From a virus, in IMG/VR virus record IMGVR_UViG_3300023184_009676, positions 33,276 through 97,275 of that record: a DNA stretch of 64,000 nt; one strand, written 5' to 3'. Below the pieces are notes generated by a model. That model searched no databases and was not told where the DNA came from. It saw only the letters and a program-made list of their open reading frames with translations. The position numbers and the translations under genes are program-made. Positions 1 to 11,439 of the stretch are shown here, in pieces (positions within the stretch are counted from its first letter, which is position 1; each line of letters begins with the position of its first letter).

Positions 1-728
1 AAGCTTCTAAAGCTGGTAAAGTATTAGGTATGGGAGCAAAAGTTGGAAAATTCGTAGGAGGTAGTCCATTTTTAGGAGATTTAGTAGATGTTGCTTCTAT
101 TGGTGCAGGAGCCCTCTCTGGAGGAGGAAACGCATCTGAAACAATGGGCGATATGATGTTAGAATCCGCGCAAGAAAGAGTAAATAAACCTGGTGCGCAC
201 ATGGGCGGCGACTTTTTAGCAGGCATGAGCGTAAGAGGAATGACAAGTTCTTTCTTAGCTAAAGATGTTAATAAAATGCAAGAGGGCGAAGGTGGCATAA
301 ATAGATTAGAAAATGCCATGAAAATGAAAGAATTGATAAAATCTCAGGGTGGCAGCGTCAGAAACTCTGAATTATTTAGCCCAGATTTTAGAAAAAATTT
401 AACAGATCCAGAATGGCAGAAATCTCATGGTCTTGCTCCTCATTTAGACAAATCTGGTGGCGTTGTTGCTCCAACTGGTGCGGCAATCCCAACTGGAGAT
501 GCTGCTGCAAAAGCCAATCCAAAATCAGAAGCTTCTAAAACCGAGGCAAAGCCACAAGAACCACAAAAGGTTGATGTCAAAATGAGTGCAGAGCCATTGC
601 ATGTAAATGTTACTGTTACTGACGAAAACGGCAAAAAAATACAAGAAATGCAGCAACAAATTGTTCAGTTCAAGCAAAAATTAGAAGAAGTAACTGGAAA
701 TAAAACTCCAGCAACTGTAAAAGCATAA
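1..728 (+). CDS. Probable tail tape-measure protein, C-terminal part (5' truncated by the window)
   Basis: Frame is open from the window start. Gly/Ala-rich segments (GAKVGKFVGG..., IGAGALSGGG) and a C-terminal 'VNVTVT' tail; lies directly upstream of tail-like genes. Confidence 0.55.
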   Translation, partial: ASKAGKVLGMGAKVGKFVGGSPFLGDLVDVASIGAGALSGGGNASETMGDMMLESAQERVNKPGAHMGGDFLAGMSVRGMTSSFLAKDVNKMQEGEGGINRLENAMKMKELIKSQGGSVRNSELFSPDFRKNLTDPEWQKSHGLAPHLDKSGGVVAPTGAAIPTGDAAAKANPKSEASKTEAKPQEPQKVDVKMSAEPLHVNVTVTDENGKKIQEMQQQIVQFKQKLEEVTGNKTPATVKA

Positions 729-746
729 GTATAATATTATAACTAT

Positions 747-2579
747 ATGGCAAATTTTGTAGGTTTAATAACTGGCACACTAGGGTACGAAAAAAAGAAA
801 GAATTTTTCGGCAACGCCCTTATGCTCAGGGAGGTTGATACATACAACTATGAAATTTATAGTACTGATTTTGCTACTCAAAGCGCAGATGTAATTCAAA
901 ACAAAATTCAACAGCAATTTTCAAGTGTTTACTCTGGAGATGTTAATGTCAAAGTATTTAATACCCAAAATACTTATCAATTTCCCAGCGATAGTTTAAG
1001 GGCTTCAAGATTTTCAGTAACAGTTGAAATTAAATTGCCATATGCCAATTTATCTAGCGACTTTACTGAATTAGCGGGAAATTATTATAAAGGTTTAGAT
1101 TCAACATTTTTTACTAACTATGGTAAATATTTATTGGATTTTAAAGAAGATTTCACCTTTGCAACCAATGCAAATGGAAACAGAGAATTTGGACACAGTG
1201 TTTCTTTTGGATTGCAAACTGGTTGGGCAGGAAGCAATTCTCAAACAGGAAGAAAATCTTATGCACAGCAATTAGTTAGCGGTATTTTTAGTCAAGACAA
1301 AAATACCACATTTGGCATAGATACAATGGTGGGTAATGTTCTTTATGTTGGGGACAGCGCGGTATTTAGAAATTATTATTCAGAGTCTTATGACTTAATG
1401 AAAAACTCTTATACTTTTTCAAGAAAAAGAGAGCAGTTACCAATTGATTCAACGAATTCAATTTATAACTTGAATTATTCAATTAACTTAAATACAGATG
1501 GAACCGTTGATGTTTCAGAAAAAGCTTCCACAATGGCAAAGATTAGCTTTGTTTCTGCAAAGACTGATTTTGAAAATTTTTATACTGGATCATATGGTCG
1601 TTGTAATATTATGTTTAATAAATTTTATAATTCAAACATTATGTTGCAAGATACGCAATATTCCACTTATGGAATAAATGCTATTTCTGGATTAATAAAT
1701 TCTCCATTAAAATTAACAAGATTTTATGATACAAACAGCTTGCAGTTAAATTATGATGTTACTTATACCAATAATCCAAACTATTCTGGCCCAGGAACAA
1801 TACAGTCAGAAACACTTGAATTTAATATTGATAAATATAATAGAGTTGAAGCGTCTCATGCTTTTGACTTTGTATCTAATAGGATTACGGGTAATGCCTC
1901 TACTTTTTCTAGTTTGATAAATTCTGCTATTTCTTCAACTGGGCCAACAGTAAGTGGGTATTATAGTTCAAATTTTTCTAATATCAACTCTATTTATCCA
2001 AAAATTAATTTGATTAAAAGCGCTGCAAGTTATCCTAATATTAAAACGAAAGCAATGGCAAAGTTTGAATATAGCAACAATCCAACTTATTTTGTCGCAT
2101 ATAATGGGGTAGTATTTAAGGTTTTAGATTATGATATCGAAAAGAAATCTCCCCCAGACATTATTAAAGAATACAAAATTGTTAATCGCCCTACAAAAAA
2201 GTCAATAATGACTTATGAATATCAATCGGAAAGGGGCATGATATCAGTAAATGTAAAAGCTTCAATTGGCAAACAAAATAATCAATTTTATCCAAATAAT
2301 GTTGGCAGTTTTTCACCATTAAATGATGATTCGAATGGTAATAGTTTACCGCTATATCAATATTTAAATGCGGTTTATCAATACGCTGGGCAATTATTCA
2401 TGACTCAATTTGGCGATCCAACCGTGGCTTTTAATTGGTTCATTGCTGATTCTAGTTATTCTTTTAGCTCCGAAGGAGAGCTGAATGTAAAAATAGATTA
2501 TAATTATACATTAAAGAAAAGATCCGACGTTATACAAGCAAATCAAAGACCGACGACAGTGGCGCTCGGTGGTTATTAA
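747..2579 (+). CDS. Putative virion tail/baseplate protein
   Basis: 610 aa, beta-rich S/T/N/Y composition, directly downstream of the tape-measure-like gene. Confidence 0.5.
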   Translation: MANFVGLITGTLGYEKKKEFFGNALMLREVDTYNYEIYSTDFATQSADVIQNKIQQQFSSVYSGDVNVKVFNTQNTYQFPSDSLRASRFSVTVEIKLPYANLSSDFTELAGNYYKGLDSTFFTNYGKYLLDFKEDFTFATNANGNREFGHSVSFGLQTGWAGSNSQTGRKSYAQQLVSGIFSQDKNTTFGIDTMVGNVLYVGDSAVFRNYYSESYDLMKNSYTFSRKREQLPIDSTNSIYNLNYSINLNTDGTVDVSEKASTMAKISFVSAKTDFENFYTGSYGRCNIMFNKFYNSNIMLQDTQYSTYGINAISGLINSPLKLTRFYDTNSLQLNYDVTYTNNPNYSGPGTIQSETLEFNIDKYNRVEASHAFDFVSNRITGNASTFSSLINSAISSTGPTVSGYYSSNFSNINSIYPKINLIKSAASYPNIKTKAMAKFEYSNNPTYFVAYNGVVFKVLDYDIEKKSPPDIIKEYKIVNRPTKKSIMTYEYQSERGMISVNVKASIGKQNNQFYPNNVGSFSPLNDDSNGNSLPLYQYLNAVYQYAGQLFMTQFGDPTVAFNWFIADSSYSFSSEGELNVKIDYNYTLKKRSDVIQANQRPTTVALGGY

Positions 2580-2582
2580 TTT

Positions 2583-4247
2583 ATGACAAATAGCATAACA
2601 GTATCATATAATGGCACAGCACTAAGTCCCACGCCATTAATTAATTATTCAAAATCGCCAATTAATTTTGGTTATATCTATGGATACAATACAGATATAA
2701 CTTTGGATGGTCTTTATTCTGGTATATCAACTACTGGGGCAGCAATATCTGCTTTGACAACCATATTCGCAAATCAATTTAAAACATTAAGCGTTGACAC
2801 AGATACAACAGCAAATCTTTATAAATGGGATAATGTAACCGTTGATTCTATATCAATTGAACCAAATCCTTATTACTCGGGTAGCTTTGTTAAATATTCT
2901 ATTAAATTAAAATCTTATGATTTTCCCAGTGGAGTTATAGATCCTTCGAATGAATATTCTTTCACTCAAAATGATGATGGAACAGTAAATGTTAATCATA
3001 AAATTAGCGCTAGGGGCGTAAGAAACAATGTTGGAGCGTTTGCAAATGCAATCGCTTTCGTAGGTCAGTTTACTGGAAAAGACCCTTATTCAAATTGCGC
3101 ACCTTATTTTATTCCAAATGGAAGCGGGGTATTATTGAGTTCTTCAGAAAGTATAAATCGCGCAGAGGGCATATATAGCGTTAATGAAGTTTATAAATAT
3201 ATAACAGGAGATATAACAAGTCCTTATTTTCATACCACCAATTTAAGTATTGATGATAGCATTGAGGCAGACTTTAGAAAAATAAATTACGAATTAAAAA
3301 TACAAGGGTCGCCAATATCAAAAAATTTAGAAAATGTTATTTCTACTTTGAATTATAATCTCCAATCAGACATTGGAGACGAATTTGGATTTGATGTTTC
3401 CAACTGGGTAAAGGATACTTATTCTGCCACAATTGACTCTGGATCCGCATCAATTGATATTAAAGTCGGTTATATCTCTGGCGCATCAATAAAAACTGGA
3501 TTTTTTGATTATGATGTATCTTGGGATAATGATAGGTTAACAAATACAGAAAATTGGAGAATAAATGGGGATTTTAGATGTTTTGGTCCATTAGAATATA
3601 AAAGAAATCAATTAGATAAATTTAAGACCGCCAATAATATAAATTTCTCGGGAAACGATGCTTACCGTCCTTATTTGTCGGGACTGATAACTTCTTCTCC
3701 AATTTTTTCAAGTTTGCATGATTCTTTTAAGAGGTTGTCTTATAATTCAAAAATTGTTGTGAATGAGAATCAGAAATTAGCTACATTAAGGCTATCTTTG
3801 GAATTAAATGCTTCTTATGAGCCCGCTGGAGTTTCTGAATTAAGATATTCTTTGGATGGCTCTCCTTCTAAATGGATATATGAATTACTTCCTTCCGCAA
3901 ATATTGAAGGATCTTTTGTTGTTCAAGACTTGCAATTACAGACACAGCCAAAGCAAAAATTTACAATTTCGGCAAAAACATATGATAAAGCAGCCGCAGC
4001 ATCTGCCATTTATGGATATATGAATGGATTAACTTCAACATATGTAAATTCTGGCACGGACACCGATGTGGGGGCATTTTTAATTGATGAAAATTTACGC
4101 ACGGGTGTTTATGATATTTCTTTGTCCAAAGAATTTTTAGGAAATGATAATGCCTCAATTTCTTCTACTTTGTTAAAATTGCAGGCAATTGGTACATATT
4201 CTGGAACTGTTGCAGTTCGTCCTGGAGGATATAATTTTGGTTATTAA
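2583..4247 (+). CDS. Putative virion tail protein
   Basis: 554 aa; N-terminal 'LSPTPLINYSK...ITLDG'; 'NDDGTVNVNHKISA' resembles 'NTDGTVDVSEKAS' of the upstream ORF, suggesting a paralogous fold. Confidence 0.5.
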   Translation: MTNSITVSYNGTALSPTPLINYSKSPINFGYIYGYNTDITLDGLYSGISTTGAAISALTTIFANQFKTLSVDTDTTANLYKWDNVTVDSISIEPNPYYSGSFVKYSIKLKSYDFPSGVIDPSNEYSFTQNDDGTVNVNHKISARGVRNNVGAFANAIAFVGQFTGKDPYSNCAPYFIPNGSGVLLSSSESINRAEGIYSVNEVYKYITGDITSPYFHTTNLSIDDSIEADFRKINYELKIQGSPISKNLENVISTLNYNLQSDIGDEFGFDVSNWVKDTYSATIDSGSASIDIKVGYISGASIKTGFFDYDVSWDNDRLTNTENWRINGDFRCFGPLEYKRNQLDKFKTANNINFSGNDAYRPYLSGLITSSPIFSSLHDSFKRLSYNSKIVVNENQKLATLRLSLELNASYEPAGVSELRYSLDGSPSKWIYELLPSANIEGSFVVQDLQLQTQPKQKFTISAKTYDKAAAASAIYGYMNGLTSTYVNSGTDTDVGAFLIDENLRTGVYDISLSKEFLGNDNASISSTLLKLQAIGTYSGTVAVRPGGYNFGY

Positions 4248-4274
4248 GTGTAATTAATCATATTAGGACAAAGG
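4248..4274 (+). promoter_or_regulatory. GTGTAA late-promoter-like motif followed by GGACAAAGG
   Basis: GTGTAATT at 4248; GGACAAAGG at 4266-4274, just before ATG 4278. The same pair recurs at 16811-16843. Confidence 0.55.
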
Positions 4275-4277
4275 AAA

Positions 4278-6071
4278 ATGAATACTAACTCTTTTTTAAC
4301 TTGCTTAAATGCAGCAGGAGTAAACACAGGAATTTCTATTCTTGGTCTATATTCATTTTCTAGCGGCGTTCCTTCTTTGGTTTATAACCAAGTATATACA
4401 ACCGGCGCTAATCTATTTAGTGGCTCTCCTTACGCCCCTTCTTTGCCATTAATTTTTGTCGGTACAGGTAATCAAACTAGTGGTATTTTTTCAAAAACAC
4501 AACCTTATCAAATAGGTACAGGTATACCTAGTATTTTTTCCACAATTTTTTCCTTGAATTATAGCGGATGCTTAAATAATCAGAGTAATAATTATTTGCT
4601 TGCTTCAACGGTTTTCGATTATAATAGTTCTACTTCTGGGGTATCATTAGGCATAACTCCTTCTAATAGACTTTTTTTTAACACTAAAAATTATTCATAT
4701 ACTTTATCACAAGAAATTGGTAGTGGTGATTTTGCTTATTTTAGTGTTCAAGACAATAGATTTGTAAATATTGGATTAATGAATTTGAGAGACAATTCAT
4801 TTACTCAGAAATTTTATGATGCGGGGAGTGGGGCGCTAGATTCTTCTCAATTGTTTATTGGAGGAATGAAAAATTATCCACCTAATTTCACCGGATATTC
4901 TGGAGTTATAAAAGATATATATTTATTTAGCGGCAATTTGTCAAATCAATTCATAAGTAATTGTGTTGATTGCTCTTTTGCTACTGGTTCATCTTATTCT
5001 TCCTCAACATCTGGATATAGCTCCGCAAAAATAACTGGATCTTATTGGACGGGTATTTATGAAACTGGCATAACAGGTTATAAAACCGTTTCTACTTCAT
5101 ATGTAAAACAAGATGGAACTTCTGGAAGCCTTTATGTTAGTTCTGGGCTAACGGGAAATATTTTATCTTATTATGGTCTTACTCCTCAAATTCAAAACGT
5201 CCAGTATACCCTTACTGGTACTGGAATTTCAATTCAATATGATACAGGTACAAGAGCAAGCTACTCCGCCTTTGATTTATATATTCAGCAAGGGCTTGTT
5301 TCTGGGGACGTCGTAGAAGTTTATACTTATCCCGTAAATAACTCTAATATTGAATTATCTATCTTTAATAATTTTTATCCAATTGTGAGTGGGGAAGCAC
5401 AGATATATGGCAATGGTCTTGCGGAAACTTCTGGAGTAGATTATACCGTTGCCTTTAACAATTTAATTAGTGGTTTTGATAACAATGATATTCTTCTGTA
5501 TGACATTTATCCTGTAACTTTCACAATGCCTTATCAAAGCGGGTATGTTTCTACTGGCGCTTCTGGCGCTGGATATATTTCAATTACTGGTATAAGTGGT
5601 ATAAATTTGGCTTCGGGATTTAACTATGATTTTTACCTAAATGGTCAAAAAATGATTAGTGGCTTAAATTATACTTCTAGTGGGTCTACATTAAGGGTTT
5701 CTGGCAATGATTTATCCGACATTAATGACCCATATCAAGACTATCTTGAGGCTAAATTTATACCTATTTATTCTGGTTTTTTAAGAAATCTTTATCAAAT
5801 ATCTGGAAATCAATACTATATTAGCGGAATTTTAGGTTTTAATCAACAAATTTGGGTTAATGGCCTTAGACAAAGCCTTAATATTGATTATTATAAAAAT
5901 AGTAGATGTAGATTTTGTTCTGGTGATTTTAATGACCCTAATTATTCATTTAATTTATATAATAGTATAACTAATTTAGTTAATCTTTCACCAATTTATC
6001 CAGGTAGTGTGGTCCTAGGATTTGATGGATTACCTATATTAGACATTAACGGGGAAATAATTTATTTTTAA
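4278..6071 (+). CDS. Putative virion structural protein with LamG/concanavalin-like N-terminal region
   Basis: 'LFIGG...FTGYSGVIKDIYLFSGNLS' is a LamG-like end motif; 'YLNGQKMISGLNYT' and 'VNGLRQSLNIDY' repeats; dense SG/TG dipeptides. Confidence 0.5.
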   Translation: MNTNSFLTCLNAAGVNTGISILGLYSFSSGVPSLVYNQVYTTGANLFSGSPYAPSLPLIFVGTGNQTSGIFSKTQPYQIGTGIPSIFSTIFSLNYSGCLNNQSNNYLLASTVFDYNSSTSGVSLGITPSNRLFFNTKNYSYTLSQEIGSGDFAYFSVQDNRFVNIGLMNLRDNSFTQKFYDAGSGALDSSQLFIGGMKNYPPNFTGYSGVIKDIYLFSGNLSNQFISNCVDCSFATGSSYSSSTSGYSSAKITGSYWTGIYETGITGYKTVSTSYVKQDGTSGSLYVSSGLTGNILSYYGLTPQIQNVQYTLTGTGISIQYDTGTRASYSAFDLYIQQGLVSGDVVEVYTYPVNNSNIELSIFNNFYPIVSGEAQIYGNGLAETSGVDYTVAFNNLISGFDNNDILLYDIYPVTFTMPYQSGYVSTGASGAGYISITGISGINLASGFNYDFYLNGQKMISGLNYTSSGSTLRVSGNDLSDINDPYQDYLEAKFIPIYSGFLRNLYQISGNQYYISGILGFNQQIWVNGLRQSLNIDYYKNSRCRFCSGDFNDPNYSFNLYNSITNLVNLSPIYPGSVVLGFDGLPILDINGEIIYF

Positions 6072-6077
6072 TAATAT

Positions 6078-9000
6078 ATGATTCAAGTTTTACAAGGAGT
6101 AAAGGTTACGCCAAAAGGTGCAAAAAATCGTTTTTTGAGTGACGCCAAATGGAAGCAGCAATCATATGCTTTCGGGGGATGGATTTATGATGTATCTACT
6201 GAATTAAATTTCAGCACAAGTCCCACGGAAATTCAAATGCATGTTGCTTTGGAAACGTCTTCATTTTCTCAGTCCGTTGCCCTTTTTGATATTAATCAGG
6301 GGGATTTAAATTGTAGCGCTGATATAGGTGGGGCATCAAACGAAAGGACTTTTGATATAGATTTAGATGGGCTTGTTTTCTCTGACTTTCTTTTGTATTC
6401 TTATGATATTTCAATAGAAGCCGGCCAGAAAATTCTTCATATTGTTTTCAAAGACCATTCTCTTGTTCTTGATAAAATTTACGTGGGATTATTTAGAAAA
6501 GAAGGTTTTACTTTTCCTCATTTTGCCAGCTCACTTATTCAAATGCCAATGAGATGTCAGACTTGTCAATATGACGGCAGCGTCGTAAGTGGTACAGGCG
6601 TGGTTTCCAGAGATATTGGTTATGCGTCTTACGCTGGTATGAATGGAAAAGTTTACGATGGATTTTCAAATGTTTATTATGGAGATGGAAACGTTTATGA
6701 TTCTTGGGATAAATTGATTAAATTTTCAAATAACAAAGGCGCATCTCCTGGAACTTTTGGTACGTTTGATTTAAATGGCGGATATTTAATTCTTGGCTCT
6801 GAAAGCGCAACAACAGAAAGATGCAATAGTTCTCCTGATGTTACTTATAGTTTCATTGAATTACTTTCATCTCTAAGAAGCAACGGCTTATCTTTTAAAG
6901 GAGCTTTTCCAATTGGTTATATAGATTCAGATTCATTATATAGAAAAAATTACAATGGTCCACTAAGAAATGTTTTGGAAAATTGGTGCTCTGATTTGGG
7001 TTATACATTTTATTGTAGTGGTAAAACATTTATTGGCGTCAATTTAAAGAATCCTATTGATATCAGTAAATTAACTGGAATAGCTGATCCCACAAGTGAA
7101 CTTGGTCAAGGATTCCAGATTAATTATGGTGGTAATACAAATGGTACAGCTATTCTTTCTATGAATAGCAAGGTTTCTCTTGATGGAACATTTAAGCAGT
7201 CTGTGGTTGTAGAAAATGACTATCCTATTCAAGAAAAACAAACGAGCAAAAATGTTAAAAAATATATTGGCATAACTCCGATGCATCCCATTTCTTTAAA
7301 CGAAATAAATCAGGCCCAGATCAGTGATATCAATGTATATGGCACGCCTTTCTATAGAAGTGCTTATGATACAGATTGTTTTGATAAAGTATTCACTGCT
7401 GGTGGCCCTGCTACTGTAGAAAATTCTGCTTGGTATCTTAATTTTGCCAGATTAGATGGTAGAAGCTATGGTGATGTTGACGCGGCAATTGCGCTAACAA
7501 ATTATAATTCTTCTTTAAGGGATATGTTTGTTGCTCAAAGAGCTTTGCGTAATGTAAGCTATGGCGCAAACACCATATTAAGATATCAAAATGGGCAGCC
7601 TGTTACTGATGCAAATGGCGTCACATTGTATGATTCTTTAGCTAATCCATATTGCGTTGCAAATTTTAATGCCCTTGGAATGTTCCCAGTTTTAGAAATA
7701 ACTGATCAACAATTCAAAACAGATATTTTATCAGATAACATTACTAATGCAGAAAAAGATGGTTTATCTAATTTGAATATTGATCAACAATATTACAGAG
7801 TTTTCTTGGGTTATTATTTTTCTGATTATAAAGAAGATATAATAAACTGGGAAAAAGCCGCCGCAGACTCAATGTATAAATATGGCGCAGTCACACGCGG
7901 AACACTAACAACTTTTCCATTTGTGTCTGGAAATCTTTTGGAAGATATTTCTCCAACGGCTGGATTTTATGGTCAAAATGGCCTAGTTTATACAAGACTA
8001 GAAAACTCTTTTGATCCATCAACAGACAGATATCAAGACGTTAAGACTTTTCCAAATCCAGATGTTTTTGTTGGTTCTGGATATGTAAAATCCCTTTCTC
8101 AAGGAACTTATTACAGAAATAATTCTACTTATACTTCATTTATTCCTCCTGGTTATAGCGATTATCCTGGAAGAGTTCCGACGGGCCTATGGATTGCATC
8201 ATTAGATAATCCCTGGGGAACAACTCAGGAAGATTTCAATAGACAGTTAACGATGCAATTAACTGATGTCTGCGCGCAAAATTATAGTATCAGTCAAAGC
8301 GCACAAGAGCAACTAACTCAAACAGACAGACAAAATCAAGATTGGAGATTAGAAGATTTTCTTCCTATCGCTAATCCAGATTTAGAAAAGGTGGATGATT
8401 TAATTAGAACACTTGTTTATGATGGATATAATATAGATACCTTTCCAGACGAAGTTGTAACAACTTATGTTGATATTCACCGCATCCAAAAGAAGCATTG
8501 TAAAAAACTTCACATCTTAATCATTCCAGATACCATTACTCATCCGAATATCTATGCACAATTTAATTCAAGGCCAATTAATAAAATTAATCAAGCCGCA
8601 TTAAAGGCTTACAAACAGAGACTCTACGAGACTGACTTGAAAAAATTCACGACAGAGACTCCGAGTATTTGCAGCTTAAGTCTCCTTGACGAGATGTGTA
8701 GAAATTTATTAACTGGCGCGCAGGGATCAAATTATACCCTTCAAGGATTTAATTTTCCATCTACCCAGGCAAATGGTTGCATTTTGTTAGAAGATAAAAA
8801 TAAACCATTCTTTTATGGATTTCAAAATGATACACTATATCGTCCAAATTCAAGGAGCCTAGATATTTATATTCAGAAAAATCCAAATAAAAATTATTCT
8901 ATGCCAACTGATGTTAATGGAGATATTTATTTCTCTGATTTAGATGGGACTGTCGTTTTGCAAGATGGGTCATTAAACACATCAATTGTTTATCCCGTGC

Positions 9001-9557
9001 AACCAAATTCACAACAAAATGTCTCATATGGATATGGTTCTCAGGCAAATTATTCTGGAGTACTATCTACTAATATATTAGAAGAATATCGCATTCCAAA
9101 GATAACAAACATCTATGGTTCTCCAGTAAATACCACTGGAAATAATACAATTAAACAAAAAATGATCCATACTCCAGTTGATGATACATTACAGCCTCAA
9201 TTGGATCCAAATTCAAATAAAGCTACTACATATATTACCGTCATTTCTGGCGGAGGATACTCTAACATAGTTACTACTCCGCAACAATATTATAATTTAA
9301 TTTCAGGTATTAATAATTACAATCTTGATGTTCCAACAAAAACAATTGATTTGAGCTTGGCTGGTTCTCCAAGATTTTTCCCATCTGGATTTTTGCCTTA
9401 TTTAACTCCTTCCAATGGTTTAATAAGTATAAAATTAAGTGTGGGAGAAAATGGTGTAAAAACTGATATGACTTTTTCTGATAGGCCAAAACAGTTGCCA
9501 ACCGAGGAAGCAATATTGAACAAGATTGGACCAAGGATAAAAGGAATCTATAACTAA
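6078..9557 (+). CDS. Large putative tail/baseplate hub-like protein
   Basis: 1159 aa; 'PLRNVLENWCSDLGYTFY' resembles hub/late-control D-type segments; structural context. Confidence 0.4.
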   Translation: MIQVLQGVKVTPKGAKNRFLSDAKWKQQSYAFGGWIYDVSTELNFSTSPTEIQMHVALETSSFSQSVALFDINQGDLNCSADIGGASNERTFDIDLDGLVFSDFLLYSYDISIEAGQKILHIVFKDHSLVLDKIYVGLFRKEGFTFPHFASSLIQMPMRCQTCQYDGSVVSGTGVVSRDIGYASYAGMNGKVYDGFSNVYYGDGNVYDSWDKLIKFSNNKGASPGTFGTFDLNGGYLILGSESATTERCNSSPDVTYSFIELLSSLRSNGLSFKGAFPIGYIDSDSLYRKNYNGPLRNVLENWCSDLGYTFYCSGKTFIGVNLKNPIDISKLTGIADPTSELGQGFQINYGGNTNGTAILSMNSKVSLDGTFKQSVVVENDYPIQEKQTSKNVKKYIGITPMHPISLNEINQAQISDINVYGTPFYRSAYDTDCFDKVFTAGGPATVENSAWYLNFARLDGRSYGDVDAAIALTNYNSSLRDMFVAQRALRNVSYGANTILRYQNGQPVTDANGVTLYDSLANPYCVANFNALGMFPVLEITDQQFKTDILSDNITNAEKDGLSNLNIDQQYYRVFLGYYFSDYKEDIINWEKAAADSMYKYGAVTRGTLTTFPFVSGNLLEDISPTAGFYGQNGLVYTRLENSFDPSTDRYQDVKTFPNPDVFVGSGYVKSLSQGTYYRNNSTYTSFIPPGYSDYPGRVPTGLWIASLDNPWGTTQEDFNRQLTMQLTDVCAQNYSISQSAQEQLTQTDRQNQDWRLEDFLPIANPDLEKVDDLIRTLVYDGYNIDTFPDEVVTTYVDIHRIQKKHCKKLHILIIPDTITHPNIYAQFNSRPINKINQAALKAYKQRLYETDLKKFTTETPSICSLSLLDEMCRNLLTGAQGSNYTLQGFNFPSTQANGCILLEDKNKPFFYGFQNDTLYRPNSRSLDIYIQKNPNKNYSMPTDVNGDIYFSDLDGTVVLQDGSLNTSIVYPVQPNSQQNVSYGYGSQANYSGVLSTNILEEYRIPKITNIYGSPVNTTGNNTIKQKMIHTPVDDTLQPQLDPNSNKATTYITVISGGGYSNIVTTPQQYYNLISGINNYNLDVPTKTIDLSLAGSPRFFPSGFLPYLTPSNGLISIKLSVGENGVKTDMTFSDRPKQLPTEEAILNKIGPRIKGIYN

Positions 9558-11434
9558 TGACACTCACTGGTATAAATTATCTTTATTTGCCACAAGTTAG
9601 CGGATTTTATTTTGACTTGTCTAATATAACTTTGTCGGATTTTAATAATCCTGTAACATTCTCTTTTATTGATAAGAGCTCGAACTCCTTTTCTTTTCAA
9701 TTTCTGAGCGGATATGTCTACGATAATTCTGGAAAAATTATTTCCTCTTGTAATTTATCGGATTATCAAGCTATAAATGGTTATATTGGTAATAATATCT
9801 TGAATTATCAGATAAATGGTATTTTTAATAAAATTCCCCTTCCTTTTAATAATTTAAATATATTGTATATATCATCTAGTTCAACTACAGTAAATTGTGA
9901 TGTTTCTATAAACTCAAATCCTATAAATTATTCTGTATCTTTCCCAAATACATATAATGTTAGTGGGCAATTAGTTGGCATCATAAATTCTGATACAAAT
10001 TTTACCGTTTATAATCCGAATTTGTTATTCTACAATAACTCTTTTCAATTATTGACTCCTCCATCGAGTGTTTTTACAATTAATTCTGGCTCTAATAGTT
10101 TTCCGCTTCAAGACGTTGATCCTGTTAGCGTGAGCTATTTAAATACATTTTCATTGGGTCTAACCTCTTCTTTTGGAGATATTGGTGGAAAATTTTCCTC
10201 TAATCGACAAGTTTATGCAACGAATTTATTAACATTGTCTGATTATGATTCAAATGTTTATTATCAAGATTCTTTATTTAATGGAAGTTGGAGTGGAAAT
10301 TCATTTTCTTATAGCGATAATCCTTTGAACTATAATCTTTCTTTTAATACTATTTATGGGGATATTTTTGGAGATAGCTTGCCATCAATTGTTTCTATTA
10401 AATATGAATCGTTGTATCCAATTGATAATTCTGGATACGCTTCTTCTTATGTGACTGGTTTTAATTTAACAAATAGCGGATTATATTCTGGCTCTGCCCC
10501 AAGTGCATCATTCACTAATTATTATTATGTTACTGGGTTAGAAAAGGCTAACGAGAGCTTTTTATTTAGCTCTGGATGCTCGAATCAAATTTTAACCACT
10601 TTTTCTGGAGGGTCGCCAAGTGGCAACGCTAGTGGGTATTTGAATCTCGTAAATGTTTACTTGAGTGGCATATATGGCTCTGGTGTTAAAAATTATAAAG
10701 CTGTCACCAATTATTCTGCTTTAAATAGCGGATCTGGTTATAAATTTTCTCCAAGTATTATCTTGGCAACAGGAGGTTCTTGCTACAGTTTACCAGATTA
10801 TTCTGGGATAGAACTTGGTCAATTTAAAAAAATTAGTGGATCTGGCTCTTTGCTTTCTCAAGCTGGGGGCCTCTATGGAGAAGTTTTAACAAGTCAAATA
10901 ACTGGTTCTGGAGGAGTAGTAACAGGATATAGAGTTACAGGATTAAACCTCACAAACATAGGATATGGATATGGGTCCAGCTATCCACCCACTGTATCCT
11001 TTATAAGGAGTACTGGGGATCCTTTGACTAGTAACGCTTCTGGAACTTTATCCTATAAATCCACTGGATTATATAATTTTACTGGATTTTGGACCACAAC
11101 CGTTGGATCTTCTACTTTGCCAATTTATTCCGCAGGGGGGAAAAATTATTATTCCGGAAATTTTCAATTGGGTCAATTTCAAAATTATATAAATTTAGGC
11201 GTGGCAGTTTCTGGATTAGATAATACTTCTCCTGTGACTGGTCTTTTGACTGTATATTTATCTGATGGCTTTACTGGAGTATCCGCCCAAAGATTAATAT
11301 TTCAATCTAGATCTTTTAATTCTTATACTGGTGCGCTTTTACCAAATCCATCTTTAATAAGTTATACTCCTCCGCCTGATTTAAGTGGGGTCTTCCAACA
11401 AAATCAACTCCAGTCTCAGACAATTTATTTTTAA
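9557..11434 (+). CDS. Putative virion structural protein (SG-rich)
   Basis: Repeated 'VTGFNLTNSG.Y...P', 'NSGSGYKFSPSI', 'VTGLNLTNIGYGY...PPTVSF', a motif typical of phage virion repeats. Confidence 0.55.
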   Translation: MTLTGINYLYLPQVSGFYFDLSNITLSDFNNPVTFSFIDKSSNSFSFQFLSGYVYDNSGKIISSCNLSDYQAINGYIGNNILNYQINGIFNKIPLPFNNLNILYISSSSTTVNCDVSINSNPINYSVSFPNTYNVSGQLVGIINSDTNFTVYNPNLLFYNNSFQLLTPPSSVFTINSGSNSFPLQDVDPVSVSYLNTFSLGLTSSFGDIGGKFSSNRQVYATNLLTLSDYDSNVYYQDSLFNGSWSGNSFSYSDNPLNYNLSFNTIYGDIFGDSLPSIVSIKYESLYPIDNSGYASSYVTGFNLTNSGLYSGSAPSASFTNYYYVTGLEKANESFLFSSGCSNQILTTFSGGSPSGNASGYLNLVNVYLSGIYGSGVKNYKAVTNYSALNSGSGYKFSPSIILATGGSCYSLPDYSGIELGQFKKISGSGSLLSQAGGLYGEVLTSQITGSGGVVTGYRVTGLNLTNIGYGYGSSYPPTVSFIRSTGDPLTSNASGTLSYKSTGLYNFTGFWTTTVGSSTLPIYSAGGKNYYSGNFQLGQFQNYINLGVAVSGLDNTSPVTGLLTVYLSDGFTGVSAQRLIFQSRSFNSYTGALLPNPSLISYTPPPDLSGVFQQNQLQSQTIYF

Positions 11435-11439
11435 AACCT